Positions 1 through 11,252 of a stretch of DNA of 64,000 bases are shown here, piece by piece. Position 1 is the first letter of the stretch, and every line of letters starts with the position of its first letter. The notes under the pieces were generated by a model. That model saw only the letters and a program-made list of their open reading frames with translations. It did no database searches and was not told the DNA's origin. The translations under genes and the position numbers were made by a program. The stretch is from NCBI RefSeq assembly GCF_000027125.1, contig NC_017626.1; one strand, given 5' to 3'. This DNA is from Escherichia coli 042. Lineage in GTDB: Bacteria; Pseudomonadota; Gammaproteobacteria; Enterobacterales; Enterobacteriaceae.

Positions 1-637
1 CCGCCAGGGCGGACTGATAACTTTTTATCCGGTAATGCCATCCTTGATCACTGTGGAGCAGCGGTTTCTCCCCTTCAGCAAGGCTTTCCAGCCCCTTATT
101 TAACATCCGCTTCACCAGCTCCTCTGTAGGCCTGCAGGCCGTTTCCCACGCCACGATTTCCCCGTTAAACAAATCAAGTATCGGGGACAGGTACAGTTTT
201 TGTCCGCCAGCCCTGAATTCGGTGATATCTGTCACCCATTTCTCACAGGGAGCTTCCGCTTTGAACTGCCGCTGAAGGATATTTTCTGCAGCGAGTCCCA
301 TATTTCCCCGGTAAGACCGGTATTTCTTCAGGCGCACAGGAGACTTCAGGCCGAGCTGTTGCATCAGTTTTCGCACTGTTTTGCCACTGAACTTAAGACC
401 TCTTTTCTGAAGCTCACAATGGATCCGCCGGTACCCATAACATCCCCGGTGTTCATGGAAGATGGAGGCTATGAGCTGTTTCACATCAGCATACTTGTCC
501 TTAGCCTTCTGCAGTGACAGCTGGTAGTACAGCGTGCTTCTGGCCAGCCCTGCAGCCTTTAACAGGTCAGACTGGCAGTGTCCGCACCTCAGGCTCCGGA
601 TGACTTTCGTTTTTTCTCCAGCTCCTGGCGCTTTTTT
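1..637 (-). CDS. IS3-family transposase OrfB (DDE integrase domain), 5' portion only; expressed by -1 frameshift from OrfA; 3' end outside window
   Basis: Manual -1 frame translation downstream of the slippery site is open to the window edge and shows an rve-type catalytic core. Confidence 0.7.
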
Positions 638-1110
638 TCCAGGAGATGCTCCTGCATGGCTTTCAGATATGCATTTTCTGCGCGAAGATAACGCAGCTCA
701 TTCTTCATCTCTTCCGGCGTCATGTTTGCCTCGTTTTCATGGGTATCATCAGAACGGGTCATGCTTTTCTCCTTCCTGCGCCTGATAAAGGCCTCATTAC
801 CAGATTTGCGGTAGCCTTTTATCCAGTTTTTAACCGTGTTGTGGCTGGGAATGTTAAACCGGGCAGCTACCCGGGGTAGAGACTCAGAATGCCCGAGAGC
901 ATAAAGAACCACGCAAAGTTTATCTTCAGGAGAATAGCTACGCTTGTGTCTGCAATCCAGTGCCCGAGGACCGTGAAGAAGAAAAAGATTAATCCAGTGT
1001 GAGAGGCTGGTGTGAGAAAGTTGAAAGAGTTTTGCCGTAGAAATGATGCCTGCATGACCAGCCAGGTAATGATTTACAGCGGCAAGTTTTACTTCAAATG
1101 AATGTTTCAT
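589..1110 (-). CDS. IS3-family transposase OrfA (HTH DNA-binding); ATG at 1108-1110 (track begins at an upstream GTG)
   Basis: 173 aa with HTH N-terminus and C-terminal leucine-zipper-like charged region; resembles IS150 OrfA as recalled. Confidence 0.8.
   Translation of the reverse strand: MKHSFEVKLAAVNHYLAGHAGIISTAKLFQLSHTSLSHWINLFLLHGPRALDCRHKRSYSPEDKLCVVLYALGHSESLPRVAARFNIPSHNTVKNWIKGYRKSGNEAFIRRRKEKSMTRSDDTHENEANMTPEEMKNELRYLRAENAYLKAMQEHLLEKKRQELEKKRKSSGA
631..638 (-). other. Programmed -1 ribosomal frameshift site (A AAA AAG) of the IS3-family transposase
   Basis: Plus strand CTTTTTTT = AAAAAAAG on the coding strand, at the OrfA/OrfB overlap. Confidence 0.6.
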
Positions 1111-1186
1111 AAACTGCACCTTCAGATGTCAGATTATGTCCAACATTTGGGGTGCAGTTCATACGCCGCATCCGGCAATAAATGAC

Positions 1187-1417
1187 TCAACGTTGTCCCG
1201 CTTCTGGTTTGCGCGATTTTTGCCAGTAAAAATGCTCGCGCAAACCTTCCGCCGACTCTTCCGCCACAGCACGCAATTCATCGCTGTCCGCTTCATGACG
1301 CAGTTGATGATCCACATTCTTTACCCACATAAATTCATGTCCTTTGTGCCCTGCCATGAGTTGTCCTGAGAACAGCGCACACGTTAATAAGACAACCGAT
1401 AACGCCTTCGTAAACAT
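1187..1417 (-). CDS. yncJ: DUF2554-family small secreted protein YncJ
   Basis: 76 aa ORF, N-terminal signal peptide (MFTKALSVVLLTCALFSGQLMA), ATG start; matches YncJ as recalled. Confidence 0.85.
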   Translation of the reverse strand: MFTKALSVVLLTCALFSGQLMAGHKGHEFMWVKNVDHQLRHEADSDELRAVAEESAEGLREHFYWQKSRKPEAGQR

Positions 1418-1638
1418 CCCGCCACCTTTTTCTCACCTTTTGCCGCTATGATGCCGATCGTTTCTTGAGGTTATTATTCAGTTTTGCAAATTAGCGCAAA
1501 GAAATTCTGGAATCTTCCTTCCTGATTTTGCATTGCATTCTGCCGTTGCGGCGATTAAGTGCTATTTTCGAGAAAATTACACACGGAGGTAAACAATAAT
1601 GTTTACTTTGTTGATATACTCAGCGGCAGGGAGGCGAT

Positions 1639-1815
1639 GTGAAACAAAGCGAGTTCAGACGTTGGCTCGAATCTCAGGGCGTCAATGTAGCAAATGGCAG
1701 CAACCATTTAAAACTCAGGTTTCACGGGAGGCGCAGTGTCATGCCGCGTCACCCCAGCGAAGAGATTAAAGAACCATTACGTAAAGCCATTCTGAAACAA
1801 CTCGGTTTGAGTTAA
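1639..1815 (+). CDS. hicA: HicA mRNA interferase toxin (GTG start)
   Basis: 58-codon ORF not in the track (below size cut-off): VKQSEFRRWLESQGVNVANGSNHLKLRFHGRRSVMPRHPSEEIKEPLRKAILKQLGLS; immediately upstream of hicB. Confidence 0.85.
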   Translation: MKQSEFRRWLESQGVNVANGSNHLKLRFHGRRSVMPRHPSEEIKEPLRKAILKQLGLS

Positions 1816-1839
1816 TCGCCAATTAAAAAGGTTAATGAC

Positions 1840-2277
<438 letters not shown>

Positions 2278-2355
2278 TAACAGTTAATGAAAAGTTGTCA
2301 TTTTTAACAACTGATATAGACTGCCGAATCACCTGCACATAATAACGATTCGATA

Positions 2356-3762
2356 ATGAAAAAATACCAGCAGCTTGCAGAACAATTACGCGAGCAGATT
2401 GCGTCGGGTATCTGGCAACCCGGAGATCGTTTGCCTTCGTTGCGTGACCAGGTGGCGCTTTCTGGCATGAGCTTTATGACTGTCAGCCATGCCTATCAGT
2501 TGCTCGAAAGTCAGGGATATATTATCGCGCGACCGCAGTCGGGTTATTACGTTGCGCCACAGGCAATAAAAATGCCGAAAGCGCCAGTCATTCCAGTCAC
2601 ACGAGATGAAGCAGTCGATATCAACACCTATATTTTTGATATGTTGCAGGCCAGTCGTGATCCGTCGGTAGTTCCGTTTGCCTCGGCCTTTCCCGACCCG
2701 CGACTTTTCCCCCTCCAACAACTAAACCGCTCGCTGGCGCAGGTAAGCAAAACCGCCACGGCGATGAGCGTGATTGAAAACTTACCGCCAGGAAACGCAG
2801 AACTGCGTCAGGCTATTGCTCGTCGCTATGCCTTACAGGGCATCACTATTTCTCCTGATGAAATTGTCATTACCGCCGGGGCGTTAGAGGCATTAAACCT
2901 CAGTTTACAAGCGGTAACGGAACCAGGCGATTGGGTGATAGTAGAGAATCCTTGTTTCTACGGCGCGTTGCAGGCGCTGGAGCGGTTACGGCTGAAGGCG
3001 TTATCGGTGGCGACGGATGTTAAAGAAGGGATCGATCTTCAGGCGCTGGAACTGGCGTTGCAGGAGTATCCGGTGAAAGCGTGCTGGCTGATGACTAATA
3101 GCCAGAATCCACTCGGATTTACCTTAACGCCGCAAAAAAAAGCACAACTGGTGGCGTTGCTCAATCAGTACAACGTAACGCTGATTGAAGATGACGTGTA
3201 CAGCGAACTTTATTTTGGACGGGAAAAACCGCTGCCTGCGAAAGCGTGGGATCGCCACGATGGTGTTTTGCATTGCTCTTCGTTTTCGAAATGTCTGGTG
3301 CCTGGTTTTCGTATTGGTTGGGTCGCCGCCGGAAAACATGCACGTAAAATTCAACGATTGCAGTTGATGAGTACGCTTTCCACCAGCTCACCGATGCAGC
3401 TTGCGCTGGTGGATTACCTTTCCACGCGCCGATACGACGCCCATCTTCGTCGCCTGCGTCGCCAGCTTGCGGAACGTAAACAACGTGCCTGGCAGGCACT
3501 GCTGCGTTATCTGCCTGCGGAAGTGAAAATTCATCATAATGACAGCGGTTATTTTCTCTGGCTGGAACTCCCCGCGCCGTTAGATGCGGGCGAATTAAGC
3601 CTGGCGGCACTGACGCATCATATCAGTATTGCGCCGGGTAAAATGTTTTCTACCGGTGAAAACTGGTCACGTTTTTTTCGTTTTAATACCGCGTGGCAGT
3701 GGGGAGAACGTGAAGAACAGGCGGTAAAACAATTAGGCAAATTTATTCAAGAACGGCTGTAA
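2356..3762 (+). CDS. ydcR: MocR/GntR-family transcriptional regulator fused to a PLP aminotransferase-like domain
   Basis: 468 aa; N-terminal GntR HTH, C-terminal fold-type I aminotransferase domain. Confidence 0.9.
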   Translation: MKKYQQLAEQLREQIASGIWQPGDRLPSLRDQVALSGMSFMTVSHAYQLLESQGYIIARPQSGYYVAPQAIKMPKAPVIPVTRDEAVDINTYIFDMLQASRDPSVVPFASAFPDPRLFPLQQLNRSLAQVSKTATAMSVIENLPPGNAELRQAIARRYALQGITISPDEIVITAGALEALNLSLQAVTEPGDWVIVENPCFYGALQALERLRLKALSVATDVKEGIDLQALELALQEYPVKACWLMTNSQNPLGFTLTPQKKAQLVALLNQYNVTLIEDDVYSELYFGREKPLPAKAWDRHDGVLHCSSFSKCLVPGFRIGWVAAGKHARKIQRLQLMSTLSTSSPMQLALVDYLSTRRYDAHLRRLRRQLAERKQRAWQALLRYLPAEVKIHHNDSGYFLWLELPAPLDAGELSLAALTHHISIAPGKMFSTGENWSRFFRFNTAWQWGEREEQAVKQLGKFIQERL

Positions 3763-4006
3763 TAGCGTTTAATTAAATTCCTCTCAGGTTGGGTAATATG
3801 AATTTCGAATAGCAGTCATATTTCCTAACTCCTTGTCTATACTCCAGAAGATAACCTTACAGACGGCATAATGCGCGGTAGCTCACAACCTGATTAAATT
3901 TTCTCAGGGGCGAAGGTGTGCCTGCAAGCCGCCGTCTATGGTTAAACAAGGAGATATTTTTACGGCACGGCGGCTGAACAATTAATTACGACAGGAGTAA
4001 GACCTT

Positions 4007-5152
4007 ATGAGCAAGACATTTGCCCGCAGCAGCCTGTGTGCGCTCACCATGACAATAATCACCGCTCATGCCGCCGAACCGCCTACCAATTTAGATAAAC
4101 CGGAAGGGCGACTGGATATTATCGCCTGGCCGGGATACATCGAACGCGGACAAACTGATAAACAATACGACTGGGTAACGCAATTCGAAAAAGAGACAGG
4201 CTGCGCGGTGAATGTGAAAACCGCCGCGACTTCCGATGAAATGGTCAGTCTGATGACCAAAGGGGGTTACGATCTGGTTACAGCATCCGGCGATGCCTCG
4301 CTGCGCCTGATTATGGGCAAACGCGTGCAGCCGATTAATACCGCATTGATTCCCAACTGGAAAACGCTCGATCCGCGCGTGGTTAAAGGCGACTGGTTTA
4401 ACGTTAGTGGCAAAGTTTATGGCACACCCTACCAATGGGGGCCGAACCTGTTGATGTACAACACTAAAACCTTCCCGACGCCGCCGGATAGCTGGCAAGT
4501 GGTCTTTGTTGAGCAGAATCTGCCGGACGGCAAGAGCAATAAAGGCCGCGTACAGGCCTATGATGGCCCTATCTACATTGCGGACGCTGCGTTGTTCGTT
4601 AAAGCCACTCAGCCGCAGTTGGGCATCAGCGATCCGTATCAACTCACCGAAGAACAGTACCAGGCGGTGCTGAAAGTGCTGCGCGATCAACACAGTTTGA
4701 TCCATCGCTACTGGCATGACACGACCGTGCAAATGAGCGATTTCAAAAACGAGGGTGTGGTTGCTTCCAGTGCCTGGCCCTATCAGGCCAACGCCCTGAA
4801 AGCCGAAGGCCAGCCTGTCGCTACCGTTTTCCCGAAAGAGGGCGTTACCGGTTGGGCTGACACCACCATGCTACATAGCGAAGCGAAACATCCGGTTTGC
4901 GCCTACAAATGGATGAACTGGTCATTAACGCCAAAAGTGCAGGGCGATGTGGCGGCCTGGTTTGGCTCGTTACCAGTAGTGCCGGAAGGGTGTAAAGCCA
5001 GTCCGTTATTAGGCGAGAAAGGTTGTGAAACAAACGGTTTTAACTATTTCGATAAAATCGCCTTCTGGAAAACGCCTATAGCAGAAGGGGGCAAGTTTTT
5101 TCCCTACAGTCGCTGGACGCAGGATTACATTGCCATTATGGGCGGTCGCTAA
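4007..5152 (+). CDS. ydcS: Periplasmic polyamine-binding protein of ABC transporter (PotD/PotF family)
   Basis: 381 aa with signal peptide; first gene of ydcSTUV-patD cluster. Confidence 0.9.
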   Translation: MSKTFARSSLCALTMTIITAHAAEPPTNLDKPEGRLDIIAWPGYIERGQTDKQYDWVTQFEKETGCAVNVKTAATSDEMVSLMTKGGYDLVTASGDASLRLIMGKRVQPINTALIPNWKTLDPRVVKGDWFNVSGKVYGTPYQWGPNLLMYNTKTFPTPPDSWQVVFVEQNLPDGKSNKGRVQAYDGPIYIADAALFVKATQPQLGISDPYQLTEEQYQAVLKVLRDQHSLIHRYWHDTTVQMSDFKNEGVVASSAWPYQANALKAEGQPVATVFPKEGVTGWADTTMLHSEAKHPVCAYKWMNWSLTPKVQGDVAAWFGSLPVVPEGCKASPLLGEKGCETNGFNYFDKIAFWKTPIAEGGKFFPYSRWTQDYIAIMGGR

Positions 5153-5169
5153 CTTCGCTGGGGTGTTTT

Positions 5170-6183
5170 ATGACGTACGCAGTGGAGTTTGACAACGTCT
5201 CGCGGTTGTACGGTGACGTGCGCGCAGTAGATGGCGTCAGTATTGCGATAAAAGATGGTGAATTCTTCTCTATGCTGGGGCCGTCCGGCTCCGGCAAAAC
5301 CACCTGCCTGCGCCTGATTGCTGGCTTCGAACAGCTTTCCGGCGGGGCTATCTCTATCTTTGGTAAACCCGCCAGCAATCTGCCACCGTGGGAGCGGGAC
5401 GTGAATACCGTCTTTCAGGACTACGCGCTATTTCCGCATATGTCGATTCTTGACAACGTGGCCTATGGGCTGATGGTCAAAGGCGTGAATAAAAAGCAGC
5501 GGCATGCGATGGCGCAAGAGGCGCTGGAGAAAGTGGCGTTGGGGTTTGTACAGCAACGTAAACCGTCACAACTTTCTGGTGGTCAGCGCCAACGGGTTGC
5601 TATTGCCAGAGCACTGGTGAATGAACCGCGCGTATTGCTGTTGGATGAACCGCTCGGCGCGCTGGATCTCAAATTGCGTGAGCAGATGCAACTTGAGCTG
5701 AAAAAGCTGCAACAGTCTCTCGGTATCACTTTTATCTTCGTTACCCACGATCAGGGCGAAGCGTTATCGATGTCCGATCGTGTTGCGGTTTTCAATAATG
5801 GACGCATTGAGCAGGTCGATTCCCCGCGTGACCTCTATATGCGCCCGCGCACGCCGTTTGTTGCCGGATTCGTCGGGACATCGAATGTTTTTGATGCACT
5901 GATGGCAGACAAACTTTGTGGCATGACGGGAAGCTTCGCCCTGCGACCGGAACATATCCGCTTCAACATCCCCGGCGAAGTGCAGGCCAATGGCACGATC
6001 CAGGCGGTGCAATATCAGGGCGCAGCGACTCGTTTTGAACTGAGACTGAACGGTGGTGAAAAACTGCTGGTGAGTCAGGCCAATATGACAGGCGAAGAAC
6101 TGCCTGCCACGCTCACGCCCGGACAACAAGTGATGGTTTCCTGGTCGCGTGATGTGATGGTGCCGCTGGTTGAGGAGAGGTGA
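5170..6183 (+). CDS. ydcT: ABC transporter ATP-binding protein (PotA-like)
   Basis: 337 aa; Walker A GPSGSGKTT, ABC signature LSGGQRQR, Walker B LLLDEP. Confidence 0.9.
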   Translation: MTYAVEFDNVSRLYGDVRAVDGVSIAIKDGEFFSMLGPSGSGKTTCLRLIAGFEQLSGGAISIFGKPASNLPPWERDVNTVFQDYALFPHMSILDNVAYGLMVKGVNKKQRHAMAQEALEKVALGFVQQRKPSQLSGGQRQRVAIARALVNEPRVLLLDEPLGALDLKLREQMQLELKKLQQSLGITFIFVTHDQGEALSMSDRVAVFNNGRIEQVDSPRDLYMRPRTPFVAGFVGTSNVFDALMADKLCGMTGSFALRPEHIRFNIPGEVQANGTIQAVQYQGAATRFELRLNGGEKLLVSQANMTGEELPATLTPGQQVMVSWSRDVMVPLVEER

Positions 6184-7125
6184 ATGGCGATGAACGTATT
6201 GCAATCACCTTCACGTCCAGGAGTTGGAAAGATATCCGGCTTTTTCTGGCGAAAACCAGGACTGGGGCTGTTTTTGTTGCTGCTTGGCCCGCTAATGTGG
6301 TTTGGCATTGTCTATTTCGGCTCGCTGCTAACGCTGTTATGGCAGGGCTTTTATACTTTTGACGATTTCACCATGTCGGTAACGCCGGAACTGACGCTGG
6401 CGAATATCCGTGCGCTGTTTAATCCGGCGAATTACGACATCATTCTCCGCACGCTGATTATGGCTGTGGCAGTCACTATCGCCAGCGCCATTCTGGCTTT
6501 TCCAATGGCGTGGTATATGGCGCGCTATACCAGCGGGAAAATGAAAGCGTTTTTTTATATCGCGGTAATGTTGCCGATGTGGGCGAGCTACATTGTTAAA
6601 GCCTATGCCTGGACGTTATTGCTGGCGAAAGATGGTGTGGCGCAGTGGTTTTTACAACATCTGGGGCTGGAACCACTGCTGACAGCGTTCCTTACATTAC
6701 CAGCGGTGGGCGGTAACACGCTGTCAACTTCCGGGCTGGGGCGCTTTCTGGTGTTTCTCTATATCTGGCTGCCGTTCATGATCCTGCCCGTGCAGGCGGC
6801 GCTTGAGCGTTTGCCGCCGTCATTGTTGCAGGCGTCGGCTGATCTTGGCGCACGTCCACGGCAAACCTTTCGCTATGTGGTACTGCCGCTGGCAATCCCG
6901 GGTATTGCCGCTGGCTCTATCTTTACCTTTTCACTCACACTGGGCGATTTTATCGTCCCGCAGCTGGTTGGCCCTCCAGGATATTTTATCGGCAATATGG
7001 TTTATTCCCAGCAGGGAGCGATTGGCAATATGCCGATGGCGGCGGCATTCACCCTGGTGCCGATTGTTCTCATCGCACTGTACCTGGCGTTCGTGAAACG
7101 TCTGGGAGCGTTCGATGCACTCTGA
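6184..7125 (+). CDS. ydcU: ABC transporter permease (PotB-like)
   Basis: 313 aa multi-pass membrane protein; start abuts ydcT stop. Confidence 0.9.
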   Translation: MAMNVLQSPSRPGVGKISGFFWRKPGLGLFLLLLGPLMWFGIVYFGSLLTLLWQGFYTFDDFTMSVTPELTLANIRALFNPANYDIILRTLIMAVAVTIASAILAFPMAWYMARYTSGKMKAFFYIAVMLPMWASYIVKAYAWTLLLAKDGVAQWFLQHLGLEPLLTAFLTLPAVGGNTLSTSGLGRFLVFLYIWLPFMILPVQAALERLPPSLLQASADLGARPRQTFRYVVLPLAIPGIAAGSIFTFSLTLGDFIVPQLVGPPGYFIGNMVYSQQGAIGNMPMAAAFTLVPIVLIALYLAFVKRLGAFDAL

Positions 7126-7909
7126 ACGCGCACCGTTTTTCCTCAAACTGGCGGCCTGGGGCGGCGTGGTTTTCCTACATTTTCCCATTCTGATTATCGC
7201 CGCCTATGCGTTTAACACTGAAGATGCGGCGTTTAGTTTTCCACCGCAAGGCCTGACGCTGCGCTGGTTTAGCGTGGCAGCACAGCGCAGTGATATTCTT
7301 GAGGCTGTGACACTGTCACTTAAAGTGGCGGTGCTGGCGACATTAATTGCGCTGGTGTTAGGGACGCTGGCCGCTGCCGCGCTGTGGCGACGAGACTTTT
7401 TCGGCAAAAACGCCATTTCGCTGTTACTGCTGCTGCCCATTGCGCTGCCGGGTATTGTCACTGGTCTGGCGCTATTAACCGCCTTTAAAACCATCGATCT
7501 GGAGCCGGGATTTTTCACCATCGTGGTCGGTCATGCGACTTTTTGCGTAGTGGTGGTGTTTAACAATGTCATCGCCCGTTTTCGCCGCACCTCGTGCAGT
7601 CTGGTTGAGGCGTCAATGGATCTTGGGGCCAATGGCTGGCAAACCTTCCGCTACGTAGTGTTGCCGAATCTCAGTTCGGCGCTACTGGCAGGAGGAATGC
7701 TGGCGTTTGCCTTGTCGTTCGATGAAATCATCGTGACGACCTTTACGGCAGGTCATGAACGAACGTTACCGTTGTGGTTGCTCAATCAGCTTGGGCGACC
7801 GCGTGATGTACCGGTAACCAACGTGGTGGCACTGCTGGTTATGTTGGTAACAACCTTGCCGATCCTGGGAGCCTGGTGGCTAACCCGCGAAGGCGACAAT
7901 GGTCAATAA
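7115..7909 (+). CDS. ydcV: ABC transporter permease (PotC-like)
   Basis: 264 aa membrane protein, overlaps ydcU by 11 nt. Confidence 0.9.
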   Translation: MHSERAPFFLKLAAWGGVVFLHFPILIIAAYAFNTEDAAFSFPPQGLTLRWFSVAAQRSDILEAVTLSLKVAVLATLIALVLGTLAAAALWRRDFFGKNAISLLLLLPIALPGIVTGLALLTAFKTIDLEPGFFTIVVGHATFCVVVVFNNVIARFRRTSCSLVEASMDLGANGWQTFRYVVLPNLSSALLAGGMLAFALSFDEIIVTTFTAGHERTLPLWLLNQLGRPRDVPVTNVVALLVMLVTTLPILGAWWLTREGDNGQ

Positions 7910-7930
7910 CCACTGATACAGGAATATGCT

Positions 7931-9355
7931 ATGCAACATAAGTTACTGATTAACGGAGAACTGGTTAGCGGCGAAGGGGAGAAACAGCCTGTCTATAATC
8001 CGGCAACGGGGGAAGTTTTACTGGAGATTGCCGAGGCATCTGCAGAGCAGGTCGATGCCGCTGTTCGTGCAGCAGATGCAGCATTTGCCGAATGGGGGCA
8101 AACCACGCCGAAAGCGCGTGCGGAATGCCTGCTGAAACTGGCGGATGTAATCGAAGAAAATGGTCAAGTTTTTGCCGAACTGGAGTCCCGTAACTGTGGC
8201 AAACCGCTGCATAGTGCGTTCAATGATGAAATTCCGGCGATTGTCGATGTCTTTCGCTTTTTCGCCGGAGCAGCTCGCTGCCTGAATGGTCTGGCGGCAG
8301 GTGAATATCTTGAAGGTCATACTTCGATGATCCGTCGCGATCCGTTGGGGGTCGTGGCTTCGATCGCACCGTGGAATTATCCGCTGATGATGGCTGCGTG
8401 GAAACTGGCTCCGGCGCTGGCGGCAGGGAATTGCGTAGTGCTCAAACCATCAGAAATTACCCCGCTGACAGCGTTGAAGTTGGCAGAGCTGGCGAAAGAT
8501 ATCTTCCCAGCTGGCGTGATTAACGTGCTGTTTGGCAGAGGCAAAACGGTGGGCGATCCGCTGACCGGACATCCCAAAGTACGGATGGTGTCACTGACGG
8601 GCTCTATCGCCACTGGGGAACACATCATCAGCCATACCGCGCCGTCCATAAAGCTTACTCATATGGAACTTGGAGGCAAAGCGCCAGTGATAGTTTTTGA
8701 TGATGCGGATATTGAAGCGGTGGTCGAAGGTGTACGTACTTTTGGCTATTACAATGCCGGACAGGATTGTACTGCGGCTTGTCGGATCTACGCGCAAAAA
8801 GGTATTTACGATACGCTGGTGGAAAAACTCGGTGCTGCAGTGGCAACGTTAAAATCTGGTGCGCCGGATGACGAGTCTACGGAGCTTGGACCTTTAAGCT
8901 CACTGGCGCATCTCGATCGCGTCAGCAAAGCAGTAGAAGAGGCGAAAGCGACAGGGCACATCAAAGTGATCACTGGCGGTGAAAAGCGCAAGGGTAATGG
9001 CTATTACTATGCGCCGACGCTACTGGCTGGCGCATTACAGGACGATGCCATCGTGCAAAAAGAGGTATTTGGTCCGGTAGTGAGTGTTACGCTCTTTGAC
9101 AATGAAGAACAGGTGGTAAACTGGGCAAATGACAGCCAGTACGGACTTGCATCCTCGGTATGGACGAAAGATGTGGGCAGGGCGCATCGCGTCAGCGCAC
9201 GGCTACAATATGGTTGTACCTGGGTCAATACCCATTTCATGCTGGTAAGTGAAATGCCGCACGGTGGGCAGAAACTTTCTGGTTACGGCAAGGATATGTC
9301 ACTTTATGGGCTGGAGGATTACACCGTCGTCCGCCACGTCATGGTTAAACATTAA
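7931..9355 (+). CDS. patD: Gamma-aminobutyraldehyde dehydrogenase (aldehyde dehydrogenase family)
   Basis: 474 aa; ALDH family features (ELGGK, catalytic Cys region GQDCTAA). Confidence 0.9.
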   Translation: MQHKLLINGELVSGEGEKQPVYNPATGEVLLEIAEASAEQVDAAVRAADAAFAEWGQTTPKARAECLLKLADVIEENGQVFAELESRNCGKPLHSAFNDEIPAIVDVFRFFAGAARCLNGLAAGEYLEGHTSMIRRDPLGVVASIAPWNYPLMMAAWKLAPALAAGNCVVLKPSEITPLTALKLAELAKDIFPAGVINVLFGRGKTVGDPLTGHPKVRMVSLTGSIATGEHIISHTAPSIKLTHMELGGKAPVIVFDDADIEAVVEGVRTFGYYNAGQDCTAACRIYAQKGIYDTLVEKLGAAVATLKSGAPDDESTELGPLSSLAHLDRVSKAVEEAKATGHIKVITGGEKRKGNGYYYAPTLLAGALQDDAIVQKEVFGPVVSVTLFDNEEQVVNWANDSQYGLASSVWTKDVGRAHRVSARLQYGCTWVNTHFMLVSEMPHGGQKLSGYGKDMSLYGLEDYTVVRHVMVKH

Positions 9356-9577
9356 GTTAAATGTTAGTGGCTGTTATAGGGCGGCCACTATCGTTTTAGG
9401 TTCTGAGTGTAATGGTGATTAAGTATCAGAATGATTACATTAATAACTAGCGGAAAAATTAGGCAGTTATTATGATCTAAATGTATGTTGGTGATTTTTC
9501 ATCCTGTCATAGTTGATTCGCATAAGGCTTTAGAGTATCGTTATTAACCTAATAATTTATAAGTAGAAGTATTAACA

Positions 9578-10387
9578 ATGAAAGTTCAATTGTATAAATT
9601 CACGGAAGATAAAAATAAAACCCTTACCTTCAGGTGGACGAAAAAACACTTTGAGTTTTGTATGGATAATAAAATCTTTTTAAATCATAAGGGGAAGAAG
9701 TCGTATAAAGAAAGAAATTTATTTCTTTTCTCAAAAGGTGACAAGATAACAATTGAAGATAATGTTATTGCTGAAGAATATTCAACAATGCCTGTAAAAA
9801 ATTTCTCCAGTGTCGGCGCTTTTTCATTCCCGACCTGTCATTTTACAGGGAATATACATATAGGTCGATTTTGTAGTATTGCATCAAATGTAAAAATAAT
9901 GGGTGGAAATCATCCTTTGAATCGTTTTACTACTCACATGATGACTTATAACGGTGAATTTGATAAGTTTGCTAAGAGTGAGTTTGAACGTAGCTGGACA
10001 TTGAAACCATTCATTACCAAACCTGAAAATCCGATTATAGGAAATGATGTCTGGATAGGAAATGATGTTGTACTGAAAGGTGGCATCGCAATAGGTGATG
10101 GTGCTGTTATTGCTGCCAATTCCGTTGTTACCAAAGATGTGCCCCCATATGCCATAGTTGCAGGAGTTCCTGCAAAAATAATCAGATTTAGATTTGATTC
10201 AAATGTTATTGATGAATTGTTGAGAATAAAGTGGTGGAATTATAATTACTCAGATCTTCCGGATAATAACAAATGTGATGATATAAATTATTTTGTTGAA
10301 GAGATGAATCGATTGATATCAAATGGAAATATTCAAGAGATGGACTATAAAAAATTCAATCTTTCTGAGATATTTAGAGACCTATAA
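9578..10387 (+). CDS. Hexapeptide-repeat (left-handed beta-helix) acetyltransferase, XAT-like (Vat/CatB-type)
   Basis: 269 aa; C-terminal IGNDVWIGNDVVL…IGDGAVIAANSVVTKDVPPYAIVAGVPAKIIRFRFD…LLRIKWWN resembles streptogramin/chloramphenicol acetyltransferases as recalled; AT-rich insert absent from the K-12 patD–yncL spacer as I recall it. Confidence 0.6.
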   Translation: MKVQLYKFTEDKNKTLTFRWTKKHFEFCMDNKIFLNHKGKKSYKERNLFLFSKGDKITIEDNVIAEEYSTMPVKNFSSVGAFSFPTCHFTGNIHIGRFCSIASNVKIMGGNHPLNRFTTHMMTYNGEFDKFAKSEFERSWTLKPFITKPENPIIGNDVWIGNDVVLKGGIAIGDGAVIAANSVVTKDVPPYAIVAGVPAKIIRFRFDSNVIDELLRIKWWNYNYSDLPDNNKCDDINYFVEEMNRLISNGNIQEMDYKKFNLSEIFRDL

Positions 10388-10788
10388 TTATCTGTTCTGC
10401 ATGATAAATGGGCAAGATAACCAGTTCGGGGTTTGCAATTTCAATGGGACAGCGTCATCAAGGAGGTTGCAATCATCCTGCCATGCATATACTTTACGCC
10501 ATCTTTTTATATTTACTTTATTCCCTGAAAGTATAAAGCATTTATAGACTCCCGCGCGTCTAAAGTATTGATGATAGAAAAATGTGAAAACAAGGTTCCC
10601 TTTGAATCAGTAAGCTGTCTGTATAGACGACAGGAGGGGGATGTTTTCTACTTATTTCAATGTAGATGTCAGGAAAAAGAAGTAAATATTAAGGATAATG
10701 TTGTAAACCTGGAGAGTATGAGATGATCTTGCGTACTGTCAGAGCACTGATTTCTCTGACAGTACGTGCTGCGTGCAAAATCACTACA

Positions 10789-10884
10789 TCAAATAAACCA
10801 GCCAAATCTCATAGAGATAAGAGTAAACAAACCAACAGCAGCAAAGACATTTATCAGTACTACAGTTCTACTGGAAACATTCAT
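10789..10884 (-). CDS. yncL: Small membrane protein YncL (31 aa)
   Basis: Manual translation MNVSSRTVVLINVFAAVGLFTLISMRFGWFI; the plus-strand track ORF 10723-10920 is antisense to it. Confidence 0.8.
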   Translation of the reverse strand: MNVSSRTVVLINVFAAVGLFTLISMRFGWFI

Positions 10885-11078
10885 TTTTGCCACCTTTTAT
10901 CATTGCCCCTATGTGTATAGTACGGGTTAAGAAAATCCGCAATAATACTCATTCTGAAGATGGATAAGGGCAAGTTGCTGTTTGATGATTTTTTCTCAAA
11001 CTGGTGAAAAAACTTGATGCACGTCAAAAAATGACGCATATTTGCGCGCGTTTTATTCATCTGGCTGGACGCCCGTAC

Positions 11079-11252
11079 ATGTCTCTCTATCAACACATGC
11101 TTGTTTTTTATGCGGTTATGGCAGCAATCGCATTTCTTATCACCTGGTTTCTTTCTCACGATAAGAAACGCATCCGTTTCTTAAGCGCCTTTCTGGTGGG
11201 GGCAACATGGCCGATGAGTTTCCCGGTGGCGCTGTTGTTTTCACTGTTTTAA
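11079..11252 (+). CDS. ortT: Orphan membrane toxin OrtT (YdcX), 57 aa
   Basis: MSLYQHMLVFYAVMAAIAFLITWFLSHDKKRIRFLSAFLVGATWPMSFPVALLFSLF; track ORF begins at an upstream ATG. Confidence 0.8.
   Translation: MSLYQHMLVFYAVMAAIAFLITWFLSHDKKRIRFLSAFLVGATWPMSFPVALLFSLF

Larger units (their letters stand above)
1..1161 (-). mobile_element. Partial IS3-family insertion sequence (IS150-like); left end inside window, remainder beyond window start
   Basis: OrfA (173 aa) plus a -1 frame OrfB integrase reading KWVTDITEF…LYLSPILDLFNGEIVAW…LHSDQGWHY; A AAA AAG slippery heptamer between them; terminus reads TGAACTGCACC on the IS strand, ending near 1161. Confidence 0.8.

Noticed and set aside
200-785. Plus-strand ORFs 200-517 and 534-785
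   Set aside because: They lie antisense to the IS3-family transposase OrfA/OrfB, whose minus-strand translation shows a clear integrase catalytic core; no RBS or recognisable domain.
10723-10920. Plus-strand 65-aa ORF
   Set aside because: Antisense to yncL, whose 31-aa product is read exactly from the minus strand (10789-10884).
11004-11078. N-terminal extension of the ortT ORF
   Set aside because: The known 57-aa OrtT starts at the internal ATG (11079); the upstream extension is likely an ORF-caller artefact.
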